Origin: Minutocellus sp. GHC0000111 | Lineage: Eukaryota | Direction of reading: 5' to 3' | Assembly (NCBI GenBank): GCA_977018835.1 | Contig: OZ361260.1 | Location: forward strand, 2,852,001-2,916,000 | Length of the DNA stretch: 64,000 nt | Position numbers and translations under genes: made by a program | Shown: positions 25,529-36,062 of the stretch, piece after piece | Layout of the letters: each line of letters opens with the position of its first letter | Position numbering within the stretch: the stretch's first letter is position 1 | The notes under the pieces: model-generated | What the model was told of the DNA's origin: nothing | The model's input: only the letters and a program-made list of their open reading frames with translations | The model's database searches: none

Positions 25529-27775
25529 ATGGACGCCTCCGCCGCAAAAATTTGTGCCGCCGATCTGGCCCCTTTCCACGAGTCCAAGTCGGTTCGAGAT
25601 GAGCAGACTCGCCGAACCGAGCATCTGGTCTCGGCTGGCTCGAATACCGGACATGCATCATCCGATACTACTAGTGCTGCTGCTGTCGTCATAAGACCAC
25701 TGACCAAGAGGGAGATTGCGACACTGGAGGGACCCGACTGCCGATGCCAGTGCAGCGATGGCGAAAGCGATTGGTCGCAGATTCGCGTCATGTATGTCGG
25801 CAGCAGCACCGACGAAGGCGCCAGAGACTTGTGCACCGAACTGCAGCAGCAAGTGGTAGATACCACCTTTGGTGGTTGGGTTTTGATCGGCATTGTACTT
25901 ATAAGCAATGACGGCAAAACTTCTTCGAGCATTCGTCGCAATGGGATGATATCCAACACCCTCCTGGAGCCTGGATGTGTGGTGGAGGGCAACACTGTCA
26001 TTGATCAGACGCATGTTTGCTCTGGAGGGAGCATAGTCGATTGTGGCACTGTCACGTCCGAGAATGGAACAGATTCGTCGTCATCGCCATCGTCATTTGC
26101 AGATGAGATGGAGATCACCCTCGGGGCCGAGAGTGGTGGCGGTAGAAACGTCAAGGTGCACGTGGAAAGCACGATGATCGATGTCTGTCACAAGCTTGGC
26201 ATGGGCAGCCAATCCACGTCGTCGTCCAAATTCCACTATCAGGCTTATCGACCTACTCAGCTGGTCATGAATACCGTCTGTACTGATGCCGCCGTCCGAC
26301 ACACGCCAAAGCTTTGCAACGTTTATGTTTCGTCCAATGCCAGTATCGACGCCGCAACGTCCGTAACAAACGCCATTCTGCTTCCCGAATCGTCCATCGA
26401 CAAATCCTGCACCGTCGACAATGCCTACTTGCAATGGAAGGCAGAGATTACCACCAACTCCTCCGTCTCGTCGACCATCGTTATGGAATGCGCCGCCATC
26501 GGTCCCAATAGCTTCGTTTCCAACACCGTCCTTGGTCCCGACAGTCATTTGTCCACCGGCGAATGCCATTGCAGCCTCATCGGTCCCAATACCAACTCGC
26601 ACCATCAGAGTTTGATCATCTCCGTCCTTTGGCCGCTTGGACGAGGCAATGTGGGCTATGGAAGTAATTTGGGGAGCAACCATACGGGAAGACTGCCGGA
26701 TCAAGAGGTGGGGTCGGGTGAGGGTACGTTCTGGGGGTTGGGATGCGTCATCAAAATGCCCGTGAATTTGTGCGATGCCCCCTACTCCATCGTGGCGGCC
26801 GGTGTGCAGCTATCGCCTCAGCGATTGGCCATGCCGTTCTCTCTCGTATTGAACGGAAGTGAAAAGGATGGATGCGATGGAATGAATCAAGTTATTCCCG
26901 GTTGGCTGCTTCAGAGCTCTCCCTACACGATTGCTCGATCGGAGGCCAAGTTTGCCAAGCGTCGAAAGGCGAAGCGTCATGGTTTCTACACCGGATGGAC
27001 GATTATTCGTGAGAATACTATTGAGATGTGCTACAATGCTCGCCAGGAGCTCCTCAAGGCCGGTCAGTCGCAAGCGTCTGGCCAAGCATCGGGCGAAATG
27101 AAAAAGGCGACGGTGTTCAAGACGGATAGATCTATTCCCGGCCTTGGTCAGAATTATTTGACGGAGAGCGGCCGGAAGAAGGGCATTCAGGCATATACCA
27201 ATATCATTCATCTCTACGCCCTGCGAGGTCTTTTGCTCAAGGCGGAGACCGCGTTGGATATGTGCCGCAAGTCGTTTGGCAAAACCGTTGCTCCACGTGA
27301 GTTAGATCATCGATTGGAAGGTATCATTTCTATTCATCAAAGTGAGAACGGACTTCTTTCGTCAACACTCAATGGAGGCGACGGTGGTGCTTTGTGGCCC
27401 GCACTTCCGTGGAACGAGGTCGATGAAAGGCACCATTTGTGGAATTTCCAACGCAATATTCTGAAGAAAGAGATCCCGTCAATTCTGAATGACGTGAATA
27501 GCGGCAATTTGACACCATCAGAGATTGTTTTGCACCTGCTCGATCGTCTGGTTGTCCTCGAGAAGGATTTTGCGCAGCGCGTTTTCAAGTCGAAACAACG
27601 AGATGATGCAAGAGGCAAAAGTACCATTCCTGGATATGCTGAAAACCATGTTCGAGCGGAAGATGATGCGGTCGTTAAAGATGCATTGGAAGAGAGCCGA
27701 CGAGTTGAAAGTAGTGTGGCTGATATCAAGCATGCTCTTTCCGGCCGAACGAGACATGTCGTTAGTCGATTGTAG
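25529..27775 (+). CDS. DUF4954-like left-handed beta-helix protein
   Basis: Hexapeptide-like repeats plus HHQSLIISVLWP.GRGNVGYGSNLGSNHTGRLPDQE...GEG.FWGLG, PFSL, PGW. Intronless 748-aa ORF. Confidence 0.7.
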   Translation: MDASAAKICAADLAPFHESKSVRDEQTRRTEHLVSAGSNTGHASSDTTSAAAVVIRPLTKREIATLEGPDCRCQCSDGESDWSQIRVMYVGSSTDEGARDLCTELQQQVVDTTFGGWVLIGIVLISNDGKTSSSIRRNGMISNTLLEPGCVVEGNTVIDQTHVCSGGSIVDCGTVTSENGTDSSSSPSSFADEMEITLGAESGGGRNVKVHVESTMIDVCHKLGMGSQSTSSSKFHYQAYRPTQLVMNTVCTDAAVRHTPKLCNVYVSSNASIDAATSVTNAILLPESSIDKSCTVDNAYLQWKAEITTNSSVSSTIVMECAAIGPNSFVSNTVLGPDSHLSTGECHCSLIGPNTNSHHQSLIISVLWPLGRGNVGYGSNLGSNHTGRLPDQEVGSGEGTFWGLGCVIKMPVNLCDAPYSIVAAGVQLSPQRLAMPFSLVLNGSEKDGCDGMNQVIPGWLLQSSPYTIARSEAKFAKRRKAKRHGFYTGWTIIRENTIEMCYNARQELLKAGQSQASGQASGEMKKATVFKTDRSIPGLGQNYLTESGRKKGIQAYTNIIHLYALRGLLLKAETALDMCRKSFGKTVAPRELDHRLEGIISIHQSENGLLSSTLNGGDGGALWPALPWNEVDERHHLWNFQRNILKKEIPSILNDVNSGNLTPSEIVLHLLDRLVVLEKDFAQRVFKSKQRDDARGKSTIPGYAENHVRAEDDAVVKDALEESRRVESSVADIKHALSGRTRHVVSRL

Positions 27776-28262
27776 GGCACTTGATAGCAACCCATTTTTC
27801 AACGGAGGTGCGATGGGCAAACCCGGTTTAGTAGTACCAATGGTAGAGAACGTTCTCTTGAAAACCTTGGATGACACAGGCGTTTCTAACTGAAAGCTAA
27901 GGAGCGGCTGGCTCGATTTCTTCAATCTGCGATGGTGAACTGTCTACAAAAATATACAATGGAAGACATCTATAATTGGAACAGTTGAAGAACTTTCTCA
28001 TGAAAGTCATTTGTGAACGTGGAAGAGCACCTGCCGTGCCGTTGGAATGTTCTTCAAAGCCCGGCAGACTTATTTCAGTCAATTTGCGATATAATCAAAA
28101 TCAACGATATAACCCAGGCCAGATTCTTTTAGCTGCATCAACCCTCGGTGAAATGACGATTGGTCGTCGTTGATCGTGCAATTGTCTGCCTTGAGGACAC
28201 CCCCATTTATGGCCCAGAGGTGCTCATAAATTGCATTGAACAACTCCAAAGAAGTGCATGAA

Positions 28263-30037
28263 ATGATCAAGCTTATTGCATCCTTTCTCCTACTTTTCAC
28301 CGTGTCGGAATCAAGGTCCTTTGCGTATGAGGTTACCACCCCCTATGGCAACAGCGTCAACGCCTGGGCGGTTTGTGAGCCTGGCAACGCCCCGGGTGGA
28401 CTCTACGTTTGGACGAGGAACGACATCCTTATCCCCAGTGTCAGCTCCAACTGGTACTTTCTTCAAGACGCCGACGATGGACAGCTGCTACGTTGCGGCG
28501 ATAGCCTCGACAACCTGAGCCCGGCTCTTCAAATTGGCTCGGCACCCACCCCAAGTGCTCCAGCTCCTCTTCCTACACCTGCCCCAGTCCCAGCTCCGCC
28601 TCCTACCCAGCCACCGATCGATTCTACGTCTGGAATTGTGATTCGGTCACCTTGGGGCCACTCCGTCGGATCTTGGCTTATCTGCGAAGTAGATTCCTCC
28701 AGACACGTCCCCCAGACCTTCATCTGGCTACGGGATGAGTCAATTATCGCAGGTTCGACGAACATTGGGCACCTCATAACAACCGATGACGAAGACACCT
28801 CACTTACGTGCTCCACCACAACTACATTAAATGGGGATGTTGTTTCTGATCCACTTTTCATCGGTACCATCTTCGAGCCACCTATGTCGCCCCCTACCCC
28901 CTCGCCTGTGGTCACACCAAAGATTACCACACCTGCTCCCGTTGTCACCCCAGCTCCTCAATCTCCATCGTCTACCCCAGCTCCAATCGTTGTCCCTCCG
29001 AATAATGGCAAGCTTGATATCCTGGACTTTAGTCCCCATCTTGCTGGTGATACACCGTACTCGGTACTTCCCGATGAGACAGTCCGCCAACGAGTTGATC
29101 TCGTGGCTCCCTACGCCAATGGGTGAGTTCTCTGCCTCTATGATGTCTGTGTTTCTTTTATCGACTTGAAAACTTGTATCAAATTAATCCCAGCCCATCC
29201 TGTTATTTTTCGCCAACCTACACGCCGTATAGCATTCGAACCTTTGCGTGCTATAATGGTATGGAAGCCATCAGGTATGCCAAGAGCCTTGGTATGACTA
29301 CAGTAGCCGGTGCCTGGATGGATAACCGTCCTGGAGCCTCCCGAGCCGAGCTCAATTGCCTCATCGACCTCGCAAAGGAAGGCGTTGTTGACCTTGCAAG
29401 CGTCGGGTCTGAGGTTTTGACCTGGAATGGCCTCAATGCCAACCAAATCGTGAATTATATCAACCAATTTAAGGCCGCCGTTCCTGACGTTCCCGTCACA
29501 ACCGCGGTCAAATACGAGGCCCTCATCGAGGCAAAGAACCATAAAGTCATCGCCGCGTGCGACATCGTCTACGTCAACTTCTATCCTTTCTGAAGTGGAT
29601 ATCACATTGACCAATCCCTTAGCGTGCTTATCCAGGAGTATAATGATATCGTCAACCTATCGGGAGATAAGCCAGTGTGGATCTCCGAGACTGGATGGCC
29701 GTCCAACGGTTCCTGCGCCAATGGCGCCGCTGTTCCCAACGCCGCTAACCAAGAACGGTATCTGCGCGAGGTCATGGAATGGACATCCGGCCAGTCTATT
29801 GTGCTCTCTTGGTTCGATGCTTTCGAGGCCCTATACAAAGATGGGTCTGAATGGTGCAACGTCGTGAGCCACGTGAGTAAAGGTGTTTCAGTGAGACCAG
29901 GATGCGACATTGAGGGATTGAATGTCCTTCTCTTCTGTCTCACAATCTTGTTTTCTCTTTCACTTTAAAATACACAGTGGGGGCTATTTGACGCCTATGG
30001 TAACATCAAGCCAGGACCTGCTCGTGTTCTTTCTTAG
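28263..30037 (+). CDS. Secreted GH17 beta-1,3-glucanase/glucanosyltransferase with two Ig-like repeats and Pro/Thr linkers; in-frame TGA at 29591
   Basis: Signal peptide; IRTF, VGSEVL, VPVTTA, NFYPF(W), ISETGWPS, WFDAFE..YK, HWGLFD. Introns 29123-29232 and 29873-29977. Confidence 0.82.
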
Positions 30038-30203
30038 ATTTGCAGTGCACACGACACTTTTACGAAATGTAAAACTTTATAGTTCAAGCAAAGAAGCAAT
30101 AACCATGACTCCAACGATGTTCTACAGAAGGAGAAAAAGAAGACTTTAGTAATAGATACGTTCGTAAGTTCGAACAACAACAAGGATTCATTCTACTCGC
30201 TTG

Positions 30204-30232
30204 CTACTACTACTACTACTACTACTACTACT
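30204..30232. repeat. (CTA)n microsatellite
   Basis: Read directly. Confidence 0.9.
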
Positions 30233-30275
30233 GTTGTCACTCAAACTCTTTAGATTAGGTAGCTTGGAAAGACTA

Positions 30276-31598
30276 TCATGCTGTCTTACTCCTCCCACCG
30301 AGTTTACTAATGGATTTCTTGATACCCTTGCTCAAGCTTCGGCTTAGCGATTTCTTGGGGATCGTATGCTTGACAATCCACGGGTGTTCTATGGCCGCTA
30401 ATGCCGATGGCCTCTCATTGGGATCCACAGTCAGCAACGACGATACAAAATCTTTGGCACTTGCCGAAACACCGCCCCATTCTGTCGATGGATAGTCAAA
30501 TTTCCCTGTGGATGCGTGCTTTATTATTTGATTTGTCGATTCGCCGTAAAAGGGATAGTAGCCACAAATGATCATGTAAACCACCACGCCAACAGACCAT
30601 ATGTCGCATTTCTTTCCATAACTCTTGTTCAAAACTTCCGGGCTGACATAGTACGCAGTGCCAATCGACGTCGTCATTGGTTCATCGATGGGATCTACCC
30701 GGCTCATTCCAAAATCAATGAGCTTGATGGAAAGGCACGGTGCTCCAGAACCACTGCTCTCGACAAACAAAAAGTTTTCGCATTTGACATCGCGGTGCAC
30801 AATGTTCTTCTCCTCGTGCAGGTAGGCCAAGGCGCTCAGTATGGATTTGCTCAATGTGGCCGCCTCCCTCTCGGTGAATGGTTTCTTCGTCTTGTCGATT
30901 ATGCGATCGAACAGCATCCCCCCACTGCATAGTTCCGTAACGAGGTGCAGATATTGCACATCCTCGTATATGTCGACCAGCTGAACAATGGCGGGATGGC
31001 CCGACACCTGTTGCAGTACCTCCGCCTCCCTCTGAATCGATTCCAATTTGGACACGTGCTTGATGTTCCTCGCCCGGCATTCCTGGGCGGTTTTCGGAAT
31101 CGATTTGATGGCGTAGGTTTGACCGGTCTGACGGTTGCGACATTTGCGAATGATGCCGTAATTGCCACATCCGATATCCTTGGGTTCGATGTGATACTTC
31201 TCGTTGACGTCCAGTCCAGAGCACCTTGCGGCGTCGAGGAGCATTGGCGGCGGATCAGCCACCAACGTAGCAAGAGAAGCAGACTTGGGGTGGGTTTTGC
31301 CATTGGCTTCAACACCGCTGCCATTCTCGTTGTCATCGTCGTCGTCTAGACCTCCATCGTCGGGATAAGACGGAGCCCGGCTGATGGCAGGTATGCTGCT
31401 GATGTCGTTTGCTGTGGTGGTGGTGGTGGTGGTGTTGTTGTTCTCATTTGGGGTACCGCCGTTGGCATAAGTAGCATTCGACGCGCTCGAATCTTGCCCT
31501 CCATTGTTTTGGAGCTGATCACTTTGCCGATCATCACTCTGATAACTCGATGTGAACCTCACATCACCACCACAGACATTTGGTTTTGCTTCGCCCAT
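30276..31598 (-). CDS. CaMK/CDPK-like Ser/Thr kinase without EF hands
   Basis: IGCGNYG, AIKSIPK, VTELCSGG, HRDVKCEN, DFG, GTAYYVSPE, DIWSVGV, HPWI. Confidence 0.93.
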   Translation of the reverse strand: MGEAKPNVCGGDVRFTSSYQSDDRQSDQLQNNGGQDSSASNATYANGGTPNENNNTTTTTTTANDISSIPAISRAPSYPDDGGLDDDDDNENGSGVEANGKTHPKSASLATLVADPPPMLLDAARCSGLDVNEKYHIEPKDIGCGNYGIIRKCRNRQTGQTYAIKSIPKTAQECRARNIKHVSKLESIQREAEVLQQVSGHPAIVQLVDIYEDVQYLHLVTELCSGGMLFDRIIDKTKKPFTEREAATLSKSILSALAYLHEEKNIVHRDVKCENFLFVESSGSGAPCLSIKLIDFGMSRVDPIDEPMTTSIGTAYYVSPEVLNKSYGKKCDIWSVGVVVYMIICGYYPFYGESTNQIIKHASTGKFDYPSTEWGGVSASAKDFVSSLLTVDPNERPSALAAIEHPWIVKHTIPKKSLSRSLSKGIKKSISKLGGRSKTA

Positions 31599-31794
31599 CT
31601 TGGTTGTGTCTATTCCTTCTTTCAGCCCTTGCCTCGGGAGGGGGGAGTGTTAGAAAATTGTGTGGTCCAAGTGTCGGGGGTCTTGCAGAGGTGCTGATGC
31701 CAACCACATGTGCAACGTGGCGCGGCAGGCTCGCAGAAAGATACGCACGATGCGGATACGCCGTTTGCATCGGCTGACCTGGCCATTATTAGCC

Positions 31795-33426
31795 ATGGGC
31801 ATTACAGCCGAGCAAACGATGACGGCAGCGATGGCATCGCCACCGAAGAAGAAGAAGCAGATCACGTCTCTCATCATCATCCGCCATGCCGAGCGCATCG
31901 ACGACCATCGGATACCCGGCGGCTTTGCCTCCAATTGTAGCAGTAGCGCCGCCACCAATAATCTGGACTGGCGTCTCGACACCGAACCAGGTCGGCAGAG
32001 ACCGTGGGACCCTCCGCTGTCCCTGGGCGGTATTGAACAGTCCGAGGCATTTGGTCGGCTGCTGCCGCACCTGATCGAAGAGTTCAAACTCCCGCCTCTG
32101 GGGGCTGTGTATGCCAGCCCCGTCGTGCGATGTGTCGAGACCGGGTTGGCGGCCATGCAAGCCCACGATGCCGAACTTATGGCCATGAAGGAAAGGCGAG
32201 AGAAGGAGAAGGAGAGCCGTCGACAAGCAAATGCCGGCGAAGCACCGCCGGTGCCGCCGATACAAACAAAGGGGTGCAGCAGTCTGGGTTCCAAGTTCAG
32301 GTTTGGTGGGAAAGGCAAGAAGAAGGCTAATAACACAAAGACAGCAGCAATCAACGGTCACGACATGGCAACTGCGGTTGGCATGGCGCACATTCGAGCA
32401 CCGTCCATTGCCGACATTGCCGACATGACCGCTGATCTGTACAGTGCTACGATGGACATGCTTGGATTGGAAGATGGGACTGCGGAAGAAACGACGACTG
32501 AGGACAATGTTGAATCTAACAGTACCGATAACGGTTTGGAGACAATACAAGAGAAATCATCATCGTCGCAGACGCAACAGCAGAAGGATAGGCAGATACA
32601 ACGATTCGAGGCGAAGGGACCTGTCCAATTGCGATATGAGCTGGGGCTCATGGAGTGCATCCATAAGCAGTGGTACGAGCAATGGTGTACTATAGTAGAC
32701 GCTCCCATGGAACAGAGCACCGTCGTTGGGGAGCATCGAATGACGATTGACGACAACGACAGCACAACCAGTCGAGACGAGAAGAATTCTCAAGAACAGC
32801 AGCAATCACTACATCCCATGGCAAGAGTTGCCGTGAATCATTGCTTTCCCGAACCAAGAGATGCCGTAAGCTTATTGGGTGGGGTGATTAGAATGTTTAG
32901 GTGTGAAAAGAATGACATGGCTCGAAATGGACGAGGCAATGGGTCTCGGCAGATGCTTCAGCCTGATGCCAAATGCGACCAACGCAAGCTTTCCAATGAA
33001 TTGTTGGGCCGGGTCGACACAGACGATCATGTGGAACCATTTTCTACGTTCATCAAGGATTATCAATACGAAGTAATGTATGAGACTGGGAAGGCTGGAC
33101 TGAACCGACAGGATGCTGCCATACGGGCAATTGCGGCTCGGCATGTTGGTGAGACCGTCGTCTGTGTGACTCATTATGTGCCTTGCGCTCACTTATTTGG
33201 CAGACTTACTGGCCGAGATGGCGTCGTGGAACACGGCAAGGCTGGATATACGGCATTCAGCGTGTACGTCCATTCCGACGGAAGGGAGGGGGGAAAACAC
33301 ACGGACTGGAGACCGCTCATTATCAACGATCAGAGGCATTTGCAAACTCATGCTACTATTAGGACTGAGGTTACTCGGCCAGCAAAGAAGAAATACAACC
33401 TTCGCTCTAGATTATACGGCTTTTAG
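31795..33426 (+). CDS. Histidine phosphatase (phosphoglycerate mutase-like) family protein with large insertions
   Basis: IIRHAER.D, DPPLS..G..Q, ASP..RC.ET, GLME, VCVTH. Start uncertain. Confidence 0.75.
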   Translation: MGITAEQTMTAAMASPPKKKKQITSLIIIRHAERIDDHRIPGGFASNCSSSAATNNLDWRLDTEPGRQRPWDPPLSLGGIEQSEAFGRLLPHLIEEFKLPPLGAVYASPVVRCVETGLAAMQAHDAELMAMKERREKEKESRRQANAGEAPPVPPIQTKGCSSLGSKFRFGGKGKKKANNTKTAAINGHDMATAVGMAHIRAPSIADIADMTADLYSATMDMLGLEDGTAEETTTEDNVESNSTDNGLETIQEKSSSSQTQQQKDRQIQRFEAKGPVQLRYELGLMECIHKQWYEQWCTIVDAPMEQSTVVGEHRMTIDDNDSTTSRDEKNSQEQQQSLHPMARVAVNHCFPEPRDAVSLLGGVIRMFRCEKNDMARNGRGNGSRQMLQPDAKCDQRKLSNELLGRVDTDDHVEPFSTFIKDYQYEVMYETGKAGLNRQDAAIRAIAARHVGETVVCVTHYVPCAHLFGRLTGRDGVVEHGKAGYTAFSVYVHSDGREGGKHTDWRPLIINDQRHLQTHATIRTEVTRPAKKKYNLRSRLYGF

Positions 33427-33750
33427 TAACAATTTCAGCTACGTAGAATGTGTCTACAATATCACTACTTTCCTGCAATATCGCACCATACAGATTGAAT
33501 GTAGCAAAGGGACCGTCCGGTTACATCAGTTCTAGTAGTTAGAAATACATTGCATCGAAGTATGGATTCTCTCTGTTTCATTGCCTACATGCACTACGTA
33601 GCTTCTGCAAGCTACGTAGGTAGCTCCTGTAGTATATCTATCTTGTGTACAATAGAAGTACAGTCCGGCCTGTAGGAATTCCTACATGTTCATATTATTA
33701 TGAATTTCACATCACAACCATCTACAAAGGAGAATTCTCGTGAACATGCC

Positions 33751-35291
33751 TTACACCTTTTCCTCGGCAGCTTCCTCATTGGCGGCAGCCTTCTCCTCGG
33801 CCTTTTTGGCGGCGTCCTCGTCCTCATCATCATCGTCGTCGACATTGTGAAGATCAAACTCTCCAGATCCAGCGGGCTGGACGGGGATACGGGGATGGCC
33901 GGTGCCGACGTGGAGGTTCTCGTCATGGTCCTCGTGCTTCTTGGCAGCACGTTCCTCCGGCGTACCAACATATTCCTCATCGCGCTTGAAGCCTCGAACC
34001 TTCTTGTTGATGGCAGCTACGACCCAGGCACCGGCAACGATGCCGGTCCATTCCAGGAGGAGGCAGAACCACAGAAGGATGTACGTCAGAGGGTTAGAAA
34101 GGATGGCGATGGGAAAGGCCGACGCAACGAGCTGCCAGGCGATGGAACCGAGAATGGTGGTAACGAAGGCGCCCATGAGGCCAGTATTGAAGAAGTTCTG
34201 GATGGGATCCGATACGCCAAAGATGTTCTCGCCAGTACCGGTCTCCACGTTAAGGGTGGTGACACGGGCAATGATGAAGAAACAAAGAGTGACACAGAGC
34301 TGACGGCCGATCATGAAACTGGGGAGGTTTCTTCCCTTGCCCTTGAAGAGGAGATGGCAGGTCTTCTTGGCGAAGTAGTGATCGCCCTGCTCGTCCTTGG
34401 TCATCTTGGTAACGGCGAAGAAGGCAATCTGCATGGCCTCGAGGAATCCGACGATGGACATGAAGAAGAAGAACAGTATGACGCTGGCCCAGTTGGGGAC
34501 GCCCTCCCACATGGTGGTCTGGCCCTGAAAAAGAGCCTCGAGAGTTACGGCGAGGGCAAATCCGAGCAGAGCCAGAGACATGGCGCAACGAAGCCAGAAG
34601 AAATGTTTTGGGCGGTATTGCGAGGAGGTTCGTTGGATTCAATGGGCTTGCCGGAAAGCTTGGCAACGATCATGGCCATTACGTACGAGGAATGGAGGAT
34701 ACCGGAGTACTCCAGGGCAAGAGCAACATACACAGTGAAGAGGGCCGAGTAGTTGTTGATGTAGTCCAACATCATGTGACTGGCGGTAACCTGCGAGGGG
34801 ACCTTGCCAAGCTGAACAGTAAACAGAATCATGGCCAAACCACTGGTCAAAAACAAATTGGACGCCCAGGCGGGGAGCCAGTACAGCGTCTCACCGGCGA
34901 TGGGGGCACCGCACATCTCCACAATAAAGACGATGAAAATGACGAGGAATTGACGGCCCATGAGGTAGCGGTCGAGGTTGTCACCCTTGTGGGCCATGCT
35001 GCAAATCTTGTACGTGATCTTGTGCGAGTCCTTGTACAGCTCCCGGTCGACGGGGGGCAGACCGACGAGGGCGCCCTGGCCGCCCTCGACCATGCACAGC
35101 CAGAGGAGGGCGCCGAACATGATGACGATGACGCCCCAGGGATTGACGTCGTGCGAGAGATGAGTCTTTCGTTCAAAGATCATCCACACGACGACGATGA
35201 CGGAAAAGATGAGGAGACATGTCGCATAAATGTATTTGAAGAGCGTGCAGGGGTTCTTGCTGTCGCTCTTGGCATCAATGGCTCCACCCAT
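33751..35291 (-). CDS. SIT: Silicon (silicic acid) transporter; 1-nt homopolymer frameshift at 34601-34603
   Basis: MVEGGQ, RYLMGRQF, SHMMLDYINN, IESNEPPR, LEAMQIAFFAV, FMIGRQLCV, SIAWQLVASAFP, DEEYVGTPEER. Adding one T (ATT TTC TTC TGG) fuses the two ORFs. Confidence 0.95.
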
Positions 35292-36062
35292 GGCTGCTTA
35301 TTTATTGATTGATTTGAGTTGTGCTGAAATATGTAGGTGTGTAGCTTGGTGCCCTGCGAAAATGTGTCATGCCGATATCGTTGCATTCGTGTTGGGTAAT
35401 GATGGAGGAAGGGTGAAGTCAAGTACAAGGTATAAGTATAACATTGTGTGATCCATGTGCTAAACAGACGCAACAATTCATTTGCAAGGTGGCATCCTTC
35501 AGGCCACGCCAGCGAAAGTAAATGAGTAGGACAGCCAAGTTGCACCCCCAAACGACTGATCTTGCACCCCCCAAGCAACCCCTTGGATCTATTCTCTCTG
35601 CTCTCGCCGCGCTCCCCCCGCTTTCTTTTCACAAGCTGAAACTCCGCCCCGCTCCCTGCGCGCGGAACCCGCCAAAAGCCTCCACCAGAACCAACCAACG
35701 GATAACCCGTTGTCCGTCGTCCCTTCTTTGTCGTCGTCCCGAGCAACGTCGCGATAGCAAACGGATCGTCTCGTACATATTTTCACCAATCCCAAGCCGA
35801 GCAAGAAGATCAGGCCCAAAAGTCCTCGGCCCGACCAAGCCGAACCCACGCGCGCACCCGCCACCAAGTCAAGTCAAGCCAAGCAAGTTCGACCACCAGG
35901 CAAGCAAGGCCCTTCACTCCTCCTCTCCATCTCCACCGCCAAGACCATCCTCTCCCACCAACCAAGCAAGTACGCACGCACTTTCATTTCATTTGCCATA
36001 GAAACGCTTTTCTTTCCAAATCCATTCCCACCATCCAAGCAAGCCAAACAGTTCGTTCCAAG

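Noticed and set aside
27800..28200. Coding-like fragment between the DUF4954 and GH17 genes
   Set aside because: Stops in all frames and no recognisable family.
29591..29593. Alternative genetic code (TGA=Trp) or programmed frameshifting as the explanation for the lesions
   Set aside because: TGA ends several genes here (aroB, kinase, RS gene), TGG is used normally, and no slippery-site pattern is shared among the frameshifts.
33700..35312. 350-aa and 234-aa + strand ORFs
   Set aside because: Antisense shadows of the SIT gene, breaking near the same frameshift.
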